Positions 41,591-50,425 of a DNA stretch of 64,000 bases are shown here, one piece after another; positions within the stretch are counted from its first letter, which is position 1, and each line of letters begins with the position of its first letter. The notes below the pieces were generated by a model, which worked only from the letters and a program-made list of their open reading frames with translations, made no database searches and was not told the origin of the DNA. The stretch comes from an uncultured delta proteobacterium (GTDB taxonomy: Bacteria > Desulfobacterota > Binatia > UBA9968): assembly GCA_963804165.1 (NCBI GenBank), contig CAWDPO010000017.1, positions 96,001 through 160,000 of the forward strand, written 5' to 3'. A program made the translations under genes and the position numbers.

Positions 41591-41769
41591 TGATTTCGAA
41601 CTTCCCGAAAATGGCCACACCTTAATCGTCGGCGCAGCGAATCACAACACCGTGCGGCAAATAGACTGTTTGAAGACCGAGGTTTTTCTGCTCCTCGCGA
41701 CCTCCGGTAAAAACGGCGTCTCCGGGTTAAACCTAAGAAGGGGAAATGGAATGAATGCGTGCGGGATGA

Positions 41770-41798
41770 CCGGACCGTCCGTAACGGGGACGGTCCGG
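41770..41798 (-). terminator. GC-rich hairpin downstream of the repeat protein gene
   Basis: CCGGACCGTCC-GTAACGG-GGACGGTCCGG; no clear U-tract. Confidence 0.45.
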
Positions 41799-41816
41799 CG
41801 GAACTTGGCGGATCGG

Positions 41817-42359
41817 TTATTTTCTCACGAGGTCGGTTCTCAGCTCACGTCGCTGCGAATCCAGCTTGGCGCGGTCTTTCCGTAGTTCAGCGCGGTCATC
41901 GTGGATCTCCTTCAGGTCGGCGCGAATCTCCTGGCGGTCTTTCATGATTTCGCTTTTGCTCGCGCCGTTGCGCAGATCGCGCCTGAGTTCCGCGCGGTCT
42001 TTTCTCAGCTCGGCGTAATCTTTGCGCAGCTCGACGCGATCGTCCTTAATCTCTTTGCGGGTGTTACGAACGTCTTTGAAACCGTCGCGAATCTCGGGTT
42101 TGTTGTGGTGGCCGCGATTGTCGTACCGGACATGGCGATGATACCGGCGCGGCTCGGGGTGCCGATAGTAACGGCGGTCATGCACGTCATGGTCAAATTT
42201 CTTTGCCTTATGTTTTTCCCAACCTTTATGCTTGCCATGATTTTCCGCCTCATGATGTTTGTCGCCCTCACCCTTCGGGTCTGCCATCGCCGAGGTGGCG
42301 GGCATCAGTAAAGTTGCAGAGAGCAACCCGGCTAGGACAAAAACTTTTGAACGATTCAT
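41817..42359 (-). CDS. Exported His-rich protein with ELRKD/ELRRD heptad repeats
   Basis: Signal peptide ending AMA-D, His/Lys-rich linker, repeated charged heptads. Confidence 0.75.
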   Translation of the reverse strand: MNRSKVFVLAGLLSATLLMPATSAMADPKGEGDKHHEAENHGKHKGWEKHKAKKFDHDVHDRRYYRHPEPRRYHRHVRYDNRGHHNKPEIRDGFKDVRNTRKEIKDDRVELRKDYAELRKDRAELRRDLRNGASKSEIMKDRQEIRADLKEIHDDRAELRKDRAKLDSQRRELRTDLVRK

Positions 42360-42406
42360 TTCACTTCTCCTTTAGTACGCGGCTTAATTTCGTTTCGTCT
42401 GATCAA

Positions 42407-42763
42407 TCAATATTCCGTCCGTTGATAGCGCTGGCTCTCGTATCGATTTTGTTCGATGACGCGTTGGTTTTGCTGAATCTGCTGTTGGTTATACTGGTAC
42501 TGGGCTTGTTCCTGTCCCTGCATGTAGTCGCCTACGAGCGCGCCCGCGCCCAAGCCCGTGCCGGCGCCGATCGCAGCGCCCATACCGGGACGCCCGAATG
42601 CGCTGCCGATCAATCCTCCGGCCGCCGCCCCGCCGACAGCACCGATACCTGCGCCCTTTTCTCGGGTCGTCATCGGCCCACCGGCGCAGCCCGCCGCCGT
42701 CGCCGCGATCGCAACGATCACCGTCCATGTCGAAAATTTGCTACTGGTTTTTCCTCTCTGCAT
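42407..42763 (-). CDS. Glycine-zipper lipoprotein
   Basis: Lipobox AAG-C, GAGIGAVGGAAAGGLIG, Gln-rich tail. Confidence 0.88.
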   Translation of the reverse strand: MQRGKTSSKFSTWTVIVAIAATAAGCAGGPMTTREKGAGIGAVGGAAAGGLIGSAFGRPGMGAAIGAGTGLGAGALVGDYMQGQEQAQYQYNQQQIQQNQRVIEQNRYESQRYQRTEY

Positions 42764-42815
42764 ATCGCCTCCTAGCTTTTGAACTTTTCGCTCCGTTCGG
42801 TCGAGCAGCGACTAG

Positions 42816-42831
42816 AGCAACGGATATGCCA
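42816..42831 (-). promoter_or_regulatory. Sigma-54 (-24/-12) promoter
   Basis: Minus strand TGGCAT-ATCCG-TTGCT about 50 bp upstream of the lipoprotein start. Confidence 0.7.
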
Positions 42832-43196
42832 GGGATCCAAACGGCATTCGCTATCTGATTTTTACTACGTCGCGCCAGAACGCCCTTCGACAGACTCCGT
42901 AAAAATTACGCGAGGCAGGTGAAGCTGGATGGCTCCAAGGCATGATGAAATTTGGCGCGTCTCGGTGCACAGACTCTTGGAAGAAGCGCTTACGGCAATT
43001 ACTACGTTGAATTGGATGATGCAGGGGAGGCAAAGATGATTGTCCGCGACGGGTATCAGGCGGTTCCGTAACCGCACGGCGATGACATTTCTTTCCCTTG
43101 AAAGCCAACTTGCCGCCGTTGTAGAGCTGAGACGGCATCGTGTGCCCGGGAAGATGTTGACAAGACCCCTCGTGGGACTTCGCCAAGGAGGCCAAA

Positions 43197-44180
43197 ATGA
43201 CTGTGCGGTTTGCGTCCGCGCTTACTCTCTTAGCCATCGCGCTCTATTTCGCGCCGGCTGATGGGCAAGAGAAAACCAGGATCGTTTTGGGCGCGTCCAG
43301 TAAGACTTTGGGATACAGTCCGCTTTGGGCAGCCACGAAGAAGGGTTTTTTTGACCAGCAGGGCCTCGACGTGCAATTGGTCCTGCTGCGCGGTGTGCCG
43401 ATGACTTTGCAGGCCCTGGCGGCGGGCTCGCTACACTTCGGCTCCGGCGGCCCGGAGCCTTACATCGAAGCGTCGGAGCGCGGCCTCGACTTCGTCGTCA
43501 CCGGCGGGATCATAAACGGCATCGCCCAGTTCTTGATCGCCGGTAAGAATTACAAAACCTATGAAGACCTCCGCGGCGCGACCTTCGGCACGGCATCATT
43601 GACCGGCGGCACGATCACGGCGCTTAGAGAAGCTCTCAAGCTCAAGGGCCTCGAGTATCCGCGCGATTACAAACTGCTCGTCATCGCCGGCGGGTCTTCG
43701 GCCAATCTTGCCGCGCTGCAATCCGGCCAGATCGCGGCGACGACGGTGGCGGTGCCGCTCAACTACGCCGCGGAAGAGTCAGGACTCAACGTCATCGGCC
43801 GGCTCAGCGAGGGGATCCCGCATTTTCAAACCAACGCGCTGGTGGTGCGGCGATCTTGGGCGGAAAAGAACCGCCCGGTCATGGTCCGTTTCATGAAAGC
43901 GATGGTGCTGACCTTTCGCTGGATGTTCGAGAATAGAGATGCTGCCGTTGAGTTCCTCTCCAACGAGATGAAATTGAAGCCTCTCCATGCGCGCAAGGGC
44001 TGGGAATTCTATACGCAGAATCGCTTTTGGCCGCCGGACGGTGACGTGACTATGGAAGGAATGAAGAACAATATCCGGATTTACGCTGAGCAAACCGGCG
44101 CGAAGGAGCCTCTACCGGATGTGAGCAAATATGTCGATCAAAGCTATTTGCGCGAAGCATTGAAGGAGATCGATAAGTGA
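43197..44180 (+). CDS. ABC substrate-binding protein (NMT1/THI5/SsuA-like)
   Basis: Signal peptide; PLWAATKKGFFDQQGLDV, LAALQSGQIAA, YVDQSYL. Confidence 0.88.
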   Translation: MTVRFASALTLLAIALYFAPADGQEKTRIVLGASSKTLGYSPLWAATKKGFFDQQGLDVQLVLLRGVPMTLQALAAGSLHFGSGGPEPYIEASERGLDFVVTGGIINGIAQFLIAGKNYKTYEDLRGATFGTASLTGGTITALREALKLKGLEYPRDYKLLVIAGGSSANLAALQSGQIAATTVAVPLNYAAEESGLNVIGRLSEGIPHFQTNALVVRRSWAEKNRPVMVRFMKAMVLTFRWMFENRDAAVEFLSNEMKLKPLHARKGWEFYTQNRFWPPDGDVTMEGMKNNIRIYAEQTGAKEPLPDVSKYVDQSYLREALKEIDK

Positions 44181-44267
44181 TAGCAATCTCACTTTGTACA
44201 AATCGAATATAGATTTTGATGCTTTAGTGTCCGAGGGTCAGAACCGACAAGTCTCCTTTCGATGGAT

Positions 44268-45176
44268 TCAGACCAGCTTCTTCACTTTCGTGTGACTGCC
44301 TCGCGCCAAAAGGGCGTCGATTAAAGATCGATGCAACGACTTGGCCGCTGCGAACTTTCTATAGATCACTGAGACTTCCATCGTTCCAATTTCACGCGTC
44401 ATATCGACGGATTGAAGGTTTCGCGATTGTCTCAGTAAACAGGTGTCGTGGACGAAACCGATGCCTAGTCCAAGTTCGACGAATTCCATTATGGTGTCGC
44501 ACGTACCGGCCTCTAGTATGTTTTCCGCCTCAATGCCATACCTTGACAGAGCTGCATCCACCAACTTTCGCGTCGGCGTCGGGCTGGTGTGAAGAACCAC
44601 CCGGTAATTCGTGATGTCTGCCAAAGATGGTTTCTTCCTCTGCGCTAGCGGGTGTCGCGCCGGAAAAATCAGGTGCATCCTGCTCGTGAACAGAGGCTGT
44701 TTTTGAATATCGTGCGGAACCTTTGTAAACCAGCCCACGGCGGCATCGATGGCGCCGTCGCTTAGCAGGGGCACCGCCTCGCGTGGGTAGCGGGAAAGCA
44801 CCGTCAGTCGAAGGTCTGGATGGCCTTGGCTAAACGCCGCGATGCGCGGCGCGAAATGCTTCGGTAGATCGCTTGAAAAAGCTATCGTCAATTTCTCGGA
44901 GTAGCCGGGAGATCCTTTCGTCGCTGACTCTTGCAGTCGGTTGAGGGCGGCCAAAATAACCTCCGTTTGTTTTAATAGGACAGCGCCGGTTTGCGTTAAA
45001 ACGAGTTTGTTTGGATGACGATCGAAGAGTTGGACGCGCAGGTCTCTCTCGAGTTTCTTGATTTGCAGGGAGATGGCCGGTGAGGTGAGTTTGAGATAAT
45101 TCGCGGCCATTTTGAGGCTGCCGTACTTTCCGACAAAATGGAATGCGCGCAGATTTTTTAAATCCATATCCGGCAA
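44268..45176 (-). CDS. LysR family transcriptional regulator
   Basis: AANYLKLTSPAISLQIKKLE..LFDR..LTQTG; VELGLGIGFV; divergent from the operon at 45346. Confidence 0.95.
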   Translation of the reverse strand: MPDMDLKNLRAFHFVGKYGSLKMAANYLKLTSPAISLQIKKLERDLRVQLFDRHPNKLVLTQTGAVLLKQTEVILAALNRLQESATKGSPGYSEKLTIAFSSDLPKHFAPRIAAFSQGHPDLRLTVLSRYPREAVPLLSDGAIDAAVGWFTKVPHDIQKQPLFTSRMHLIFPARHPLAQRKKPSLADITNYRVVLHTSPTPTRKLVDAALSRYGIEAENILEAGTCDTIMEFVELGLGIGFVHDTCLLRQSRNLQSVDMTREIGTMEVSVIYRKFAAAKSLHRSLIDALLARGSHTKVKKLV

Positions 45177-45345
45177 ATTTCGACATCGACAAAAATGCGA
45201 TGTTTATCGAGGAACCAAGATTTTTTGCGGCTTGTTCGATTAAGCAAACGTGAAGCTACTATATAGCAAGAATTAATCTTGACAAACCCACAGTTCCGCG
45301 AAATGGTGCGCTCAGTTCAAACCTATCGGCAGGAGGTCATCAATC

Positions 45346-46410
45346 ATGGCGATTTTTCTATCTCACGGCGGAACATCCGTTTACGATTCAAATGGCCTTT
45401 CGGACGAGGTACTGGTTGGAACTGTTGCAGGAATTTTCAGGATTCGAAAGAGCGGCTCCAACCGGTGGAGCGTCAGCGAACGGCACCTCGAGGGGCTGCA
45501 CATTCATACCTTGGTGCTCGAGCCCTCGAGTGGATTGTTGTTTGCCGGCGCTCACAAAGGTTCGCTGCACGCGAGTGCGGACGGCGGAAAATCATGGCAG
45601 CACCGAGACAACGGAATCACCAAGAAAGATATCTATTGTTTGAGTTTCACGAAGCGCCAAGCCGGCGTGAAGCTATATGTCGGGACCGATCCGGCGCACC
45701 TGTTCGAAAGCGATGACTTGGGCGAGAGTTGGACAGAGATTCCCTCGCTGCGCGATGTGCCGAGCGTGGACAAGTGGTTTTTTCCGGCGCCGCCGAAATT
45801 TGGCCATGTCAAAAACGTCGCGATTAACTGGCGCGATCCAAACGTCGTCTACGCGTGTATCGAGCAGGGCGGACTGCTCAAGACCACGAATGGTGGCCGG
45901 TCGTGGCAGGAACTGCATGGCTTCGATGACGACGTGCATAGAGTCTTAATTTCTCCGTCGAACAGCGAACGCCTCTTCTTGTCCACGCGCGCGGGAATTT
46001 TACAAAGCGACGATGCCGGCGAGAGTTGGAATCCTCTGCCCATGGCATCGACCCACATCGGCTACCCCGATGCCCTGATCGTTCATCCCAAACGCGAAAA
46101 CGTGATGTTCACTGCGGGCGCCGCGAGCCGTCCGCCGTTTTGGTTACAGACGCATGCCGCGGATGCTCGAATTGCGCGAAGTACGGACAGCGGAAAGAAT
46201 TGGGAAGTGATGCAGAACGGCCTACCGGAGAAAATCCACGGTAACGTGGAAGCGATGGCTATGGAAGTTTACAACGGCTCTTTTGGGCTTTATGCGGGTA
46301 CCACCGATGGCGAGGTCTTTTTTAGCGACAATGAAGGGAATGATTGGAGCAAGATCGTCGAGGGACTGCCGCCGATTTCCAAGGCCCATCACTACTTGAT
46401 CATAAGATAG
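45346..46410 (+). CDS. Asp-box (BNR) repeat beta-propeller protein, cytoplasmic
   Basis: Repeated S/T-x-D/N-x-G-x-S-W boxes (SADGGKSW, SDDLGESW, TTNGGRSW, SDDAGESW, STDSGKNW, SDNEGNDW); no signal peptide. Confidence 0.88.
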   Translation: MAIFLSHGGTSVYDSNGLSDEVLVGTVAGIFRIRKSGSNRWSVSERHLEGLHIHTLVLEPSSGLLFAGAHKGSLHASADGGKSWQHRDNGITKKDIYCLSFTKRQAGVKLYVGTDPAHLFESDDLGESWTEIPSLRDVPSVDKWFFPAPPKFGHVKNVAINWRDPNVVYACIEQGGLLKTTNGGRSWQELHGFDDDVHRVLISPSNSERLFLSTRAGILQSDDAGESWNPLPMASTHIGYPDALIVHPKRENVMFTAGAASRPPFWLQTHAADARIARSTDSGKNWEVMQNGLPEKIHGNVEAMAMEVYNGSFGLYAGTTDGEVFFSDNEGNDWSKIVEGLPPISKAHHYLIIR

Positions 46411-46436
46411 GGCTCGAAATCCGGGGAAGCGATCGA

Positions 46437-48020
46437 ATGGCATACTACAAGGGCCTGAGAGATTTGCTCGAGGTTCTCGAGCGTCACGGGAAGCTTGTCC
46501 GCATTTCTCGGCCGATCATCAAAGAAACGGAGTTGGTTCCTCTGGTCAGGCTTCAATTTCGCGGGTTGCCCGAGTCCAAGCGCAAAGCCTTTCTGTTTGA
46601 AAATGTCACGAGCGTGACCGGCAAAAAATATCCGGGCTCGGTTGCGGTTGGCACCTTTGCCGCCTCGCGCGAGGTTTACGCCCTTGGCATGATGTGCGAC
46701 GCCGCCGATATCGGTGAAAAATGGGTGAGGGCGTTGACCCATCCCATTCAGACGAGGACCGTCGATTCCGGCTGCTGCCAGGAGGAAGTGCACGTCGGAG
46801 AAAACCTGCTGGCGGAAGGCCTCGACGAATTACCCGTGCCGGTGAATACGCCCGGCTTTACCGGAGCGCTGCGCACGACTGCATCCCACGTGATCACCAG
46901 GGACATAGAAACCGGTGTGCAAAACTGCGGCTGCTATGCAGGTAAGTTCCTGGATCGAAACTTGATTGGGCTATCCATCGGGCCGACGCATCATGGCTCG
47001 ATACATTGGCGCAAGAGCAAAGAGAAGGGAATTTCCCCGCCCGCAGCCATCGTTATCGGCGCGCCGCCGAACATCGCTTATACCTCCGTCGCTTCGCTTC
47101 CGTACGGAGTGGATGAGCTCGCCGTCGCCGGTGGAATAGCCAACGAGCCGGTCGAGATGGTCAAATGCAAGACCATAGACCTGGAAGTGCCCGCCCATTC
47201 AGAAATCGTTATCGAAGGAGAGGTCTCCATCGATCGAAGGGTAGGATCGGCGTCCTTCGGGGAGTTTACCGGCTATATGTGCAAAGGCGCGCCGAACACC
47301 AACTATTTGATGAAAGTGACCGCCATCACCCACAGGAAGAATCCGATTTACAGCGTGTTTCTCAGTCAAATGCCACCGAGTGAAAGCAGCAAAATCGTTC
47401 AGATTGCCTTGGAGAACGTTTTTTACAAACACCTGCGGCACGATTGCAACATATCAGGAGTGATGGAGATTGCCTTTCCGGAATCCGGCGGCGGACGGAT
47501 GATTTGCATCATCCGCATGAAGAAACGAAATCCGAGCGACGTTTGGCAGGCGCTGAGCGCCGCAAATGGATTCGCTTCGGATCGCGCCAAAATTATCATT
47601 GTCGTCGATGAGGACATAGATCCCAAGGATCAGGAGGCGGTGAATTGGGCTCTGAGCTTTCGCATGCAGCCTCATCGCGACATTCACATCATGCGCGGCA
47701 GAACCGCGGGACTGGACTATTCCGCCTATGATCCGGCCGGGCCGCGCGAGGCCAGGATTTATCCGGAAGGGTTGGGGGCTTCATCGCTGATGATCGACGC
47801 GACCCTCAAATGGCCCTATCCGCCGATCTCCTTGCCCAAGAAGGAATACATGACTCGCGCCATCGAGTTATGGAATGAGCTGGAATTGGGGCCGCTCGAC
47901 TTGAAGTCTCCTTGGCATGGTTACGATCTTGGTTGCTGGTCTCAAGAGGACGAAATCAACGCGGAGTTGATTACGAGCGGCAACTACAAAGAGGTCGGGA
48001 AAAAATTAATGAGGCCCTAG
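46437..48020 (+). CDS. UbiD family (prFMN) protein with altered active site
   Basis: AFLFENV, VKCKTIDLEVPAHSEIVIEG, FGEFTGY, SQMPPSESS, IIIVVDEDIDP, VNWALSFR, IDAT. Confidence 0.93.
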   Translation: MAYYKGLRDLLEVLERHGKLVRISRPIIKETELVPLVRLQFRGLPESKRKAFLFENVTSVTGKKYPGSVAVGTFAASREVYALGMMCDAADIGEKWVRALTHPIQTRTVDSGCCQEEVHVGENLLAEGLDELPVPVNTPGFTGALRTTASHVITRDIETGVQNCGCYAGKFLDRNLIGLSIGPTHHGSIHWRKSKEKGISPPAAIVIGAPPNIAYTSVASLPYGVDELAVAGGIANEPVEMVKCKTIDLEVPAHSEIVIEGEVSIDRRVGSASFGEFTGYMCKGAPNTNYLMKVTAITHRKNPIYSVFLSQMPPSESSKIVQIALENVFYKHLRHDCNISGVMEIAFPESGGGRMICIIRMKKRNPSDVWQALSAANGFASDRAKIIIVVDEDIDPKDQEAVNWALSFRMQPHRDIHIMRGRTAGLDYSAYDPAGPREARIYPEGLGASSLMIDATLKWPYPPISLPKKEYMTRAIELWNELELGPLDLKSPWHGYDLGCWSQEDEINAELITSGNYKEVGKKLMRP

Positions 48021-48092
48021 GCCTAATTTGACGACCAACCGAATGCGCATACCGGGACATCGTAAAAAAACCTTAATCGGAAAGGGACGTTT

Positions 48093-49229
48093 ATGACCGT
48101 TGATACCCTCGTCGACATGGATGAGTTTCAGCACTGCTACTTCACCGGACCGGATACGTTGGCGGGAAAATACATGCGGATGTTTTGGCATCCGATCTTT
48201 CGGTCGGAGGATCTCAAGCCGGGATGGACGCAGCCGGTTCGGATCATGAACGAGGATTTTACCCTGTATCGAAGTGAAGCGGGCAATGCTCATCTCGTCG
48301 ATTACCGGTGTGCCCATCGCGGCGTGCCGCTGACGGTGGGATGGGTGGAGGGCGAATGTATTCGGTGCCGCTTTCACGGCTGGAAATACGACAGCACAGG
48401 CCAATGCGTGGAGCAGCCTGCGGAGGATGAATCTTTCGCGGCAAAGGTCAAAATTCGGAGCTTTCCAACCAAGGAATATTTGGGCCTCGTCTTCGCGTAT
48501 TTCGGCGAGGATGCGCCGCCGGAGTTTCCTCGCTATCCGGAATTCGAGAACAAGACTATTTGGATCGAGACCTACATCCGGCCTTGCAACTTCCTTAACA
48601 ACATCGAGAACGACCCCATTCATATTCCCTTCACTCACCGTGAGTCGGAGTTTTTTATCAACCGGCCGGTGGAGATCCCGTCAGTAAGCATAGAAGAGAC
48701 CGAATACGGAATCCTGCTGCGCTCCGATTTCAAGAGCGGCCGTTATCACGTCACCCATCACGGCATGCCCAACGTCTTATGCTTTCGCCGCGGCGGGGAC
48801 CGCGATCATTTGGCGTTCCGCGTGCCCATCGACGACGATCAACACGTGAGTTTTCAGGTGGACGTGCAATTCAAGACGGGAAACGAAGCGGATGAGGCGG
48901 TCCAGAAGCGGCATGCGGCGAGGAGCGGCCAGCTGGGGCGTTCGCCCAACGAAATGGGCGAAGCGGTTCTGCGCGGCCGGATGCGCATTCAGGACATCGA
49001 GGGCGATGAAAAGGCGAATATCGTATGGATACAGGATTACGCTGTGCAAGTCGGTCAGGGTCCGGTGCGCACGCGAAAAAAGGAGTGGCTCGGCCGCTCG
49101 GACAAGGCGTTGATTATGCAGCGCAAGCTTTGGGAACGTGAGCTAAAGGCTGTGGCCGAAGGCCGGCCGATCAAGCGATGGGTATGGACGGAACGGTTGG
49201 CGGCCATCGGCTCGTACAATCCCCTGTGA
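48093..49229 (+). CDS. Rieske non-heme iron oxygenase alpha subunit (phthalate 4,5-dioxygenase-like)
   Basis: CAHRG...CRFHGW Rieske ligands; ENDPIHIPFTH and IQD mononuclear Fe ligands. Confidence 0.93.
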   Translation: MTVDTLVDMDEFQHCYFTGPDTLAGKYMRMFWHPIFRSEDLKPGWTQPVRIMNEDFTLYRSEAGNAHLVDYRCAHRGVPLTVGWVEGECIRCRFHGWKYDSTGQCVEQPAEDESFAAKVKIRSFPTKEYLGLVFAYFGEDAPPEFPRYPEFENKTIWIETYIRPCNFLNNIENDPIHIPFTHRESEFFINRPVEIPSVSIEETEYGILLRSDFKSGRYHVTHHGMPNVLCFRRGGDRDHLAFRVPIDDDQHVSFQVDVQFKTGNEADEAVQKRHAARSGQLGRSPNEMGEAVLRGRMRIQDIEGDEKANIVWIQDYAVQVGQGPVRTRKKEWLGRSDKALIMQRKLWERELKAVAEGRPIKRWVWTERLAAIGSYNPL

Positions 49230-49259
49230 GTTTGGGTCGTAGTCACTCAGGATGAAAAC

Positions 49260-50399
49260 ATGACGCGGTATACGTCGATCAGAACGGCAATCGTGATGTG
49301 GATTTTCTTGGGCTTCCCTTTCTTGTGGGCAAACTCAGCCAGCGCGGGCGAAGCCAAGCCTAGTGCGCAGGCCGCCTGGGAGAAGGTCGTGGCTGCGGCG
49401 AAGAGCGAGGGCGCGCTGACGATCTACGGCAACACGGGCTACGACGCCATTTTCACTGAGTTTGAGAATAGATATCCGGGCATCAAGGTCGTCTACGTCA
49501 CCGGCCGCGGCGGCCCCGACATTGTGCCGCGGATATTGAGCGAGCAGAGGGCGGAGAAATATTTGGGCGACTTGTTCCTGGCCGGCCCCACCCCGGCGTT
49601 TACCTTGCACCAGGGCAAAGCCTTGGATCCGATCAAGCCGGCTTTGATTCACCCCGAAGTGTCGGATGAATCGAAGTGGTGGCAAGGCAAGCATCAATAC
49701 GTCGATAAGGAAGGCGCGTATATTTTTACTTTCAACGGCACGTTTCGGGTCGACGTGGTTTACAACAGCAACTTGGTCAATCCCAAAGAATTAAATTCGT
49801 ACTGGGATCTGATCAACCCGAAGTGGAAGGGCAAAGTCGTCTCATTCACGCAGATTACGGCGCCGCATAAATTTTTCTTTTACCAGCCGGAGCTCGGTCC
49901 GAAATTTTTAAGCCAGCTTTTCGGCCAGATGGATGTGATCAATAGCGCAGATATGCGTCAGATCGCGGACTGGTTGGGAGTGGGAAAGCACGCCATCGGT
50001 CTTTTCGTTTCTCCGGGTAACCGAAGCATCGGCAAGGCTCGGGAGCAAGGTCTGCCGTTGGGCATCTTCAAGGCGGACCATTTCAAAGAAGGCGTGGCGC
50101 TGCTGACGGCGGCGGGCTCCGGAGCTCTGCTCAAGCGCGCGCCGCATCCCAATGCAGCCAAGTTGGCGATCAACTGGCTGCTCTCTCGCGAAGGACAAAT
50201 CGCTTTTCAGAAAAATTATGTGAGAGAGACGGGCGCCGCCGATTCGTTCCGAACGGATATCCCCAAGGACGAAATACCCGTGGAATTCAGGCGCAAAGAG
50301 GGAGTCAAGTATCTGGACATCGATTCGGCGGAGTACATCGACCCCAAACCGGTTCAGGATTTTTACAACAAACTCTGGGGCGGTCGCACCAAGAACTGA
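49260..50399 (+). CDS. Extracellular solute-binding protein (copy 1)
   Basis: Signal peptide; AAAKSEG, SYWDLINPKWKGK, APHPNAAKLAINWLLSREGQ. Confidence 0.88.
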   Translation: MTRYTSIRTAIVMWIFLGFPFLWANSASAGEAKPSAQAAWEKVVAAAKSEGALTIYGNTGYDAIFTEFENRYPGIKVVYVTGRGGPDIVPRILSEQRAEKYLGDLFLAGPTPAFTLHQGKALDPIKPALIHPEVSDESKWWQGKHQYVDKEGAYIFTFNGTFRVDVVYNSNLVNPKELNSYWDLINPKWKGKVVSFTQITAPHKFFFYQPELGPKFLSQLFGQMDVINSADMRQIADWLGVGKHAIGLFVSPGNRSIGKAREQGLPLGIFKADHFKEGVALLTAAGSGALLKRAPHPNAAKLAINWLLSREGQIAFQKNYVRETGAADSFRTDIPKDEIPVEFRRKEGVKYLDIDSAEYIDPKPVQDFYNKLWGGRTKN

Positions 50400-50425
50400 A
50401 TCGATCAGCACAACAGGAGGAATCT

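Noticed and set aside
45239-45310. LysR T-N11-A box and TTGACA -35 in the divergent spacer
   Set aside because: Plausible, but the motif is too degenerate and no convincing -10 lies at the right spacing.
46344-46436. Long N-terminal extensions in the ORF track (UbiD 46344, LivG 35869, ModC 60798, NarM 10103, cupin 9886)
   Set aside because: They overlap neighbouring genes; downstream starts fit family length and RBS position better.
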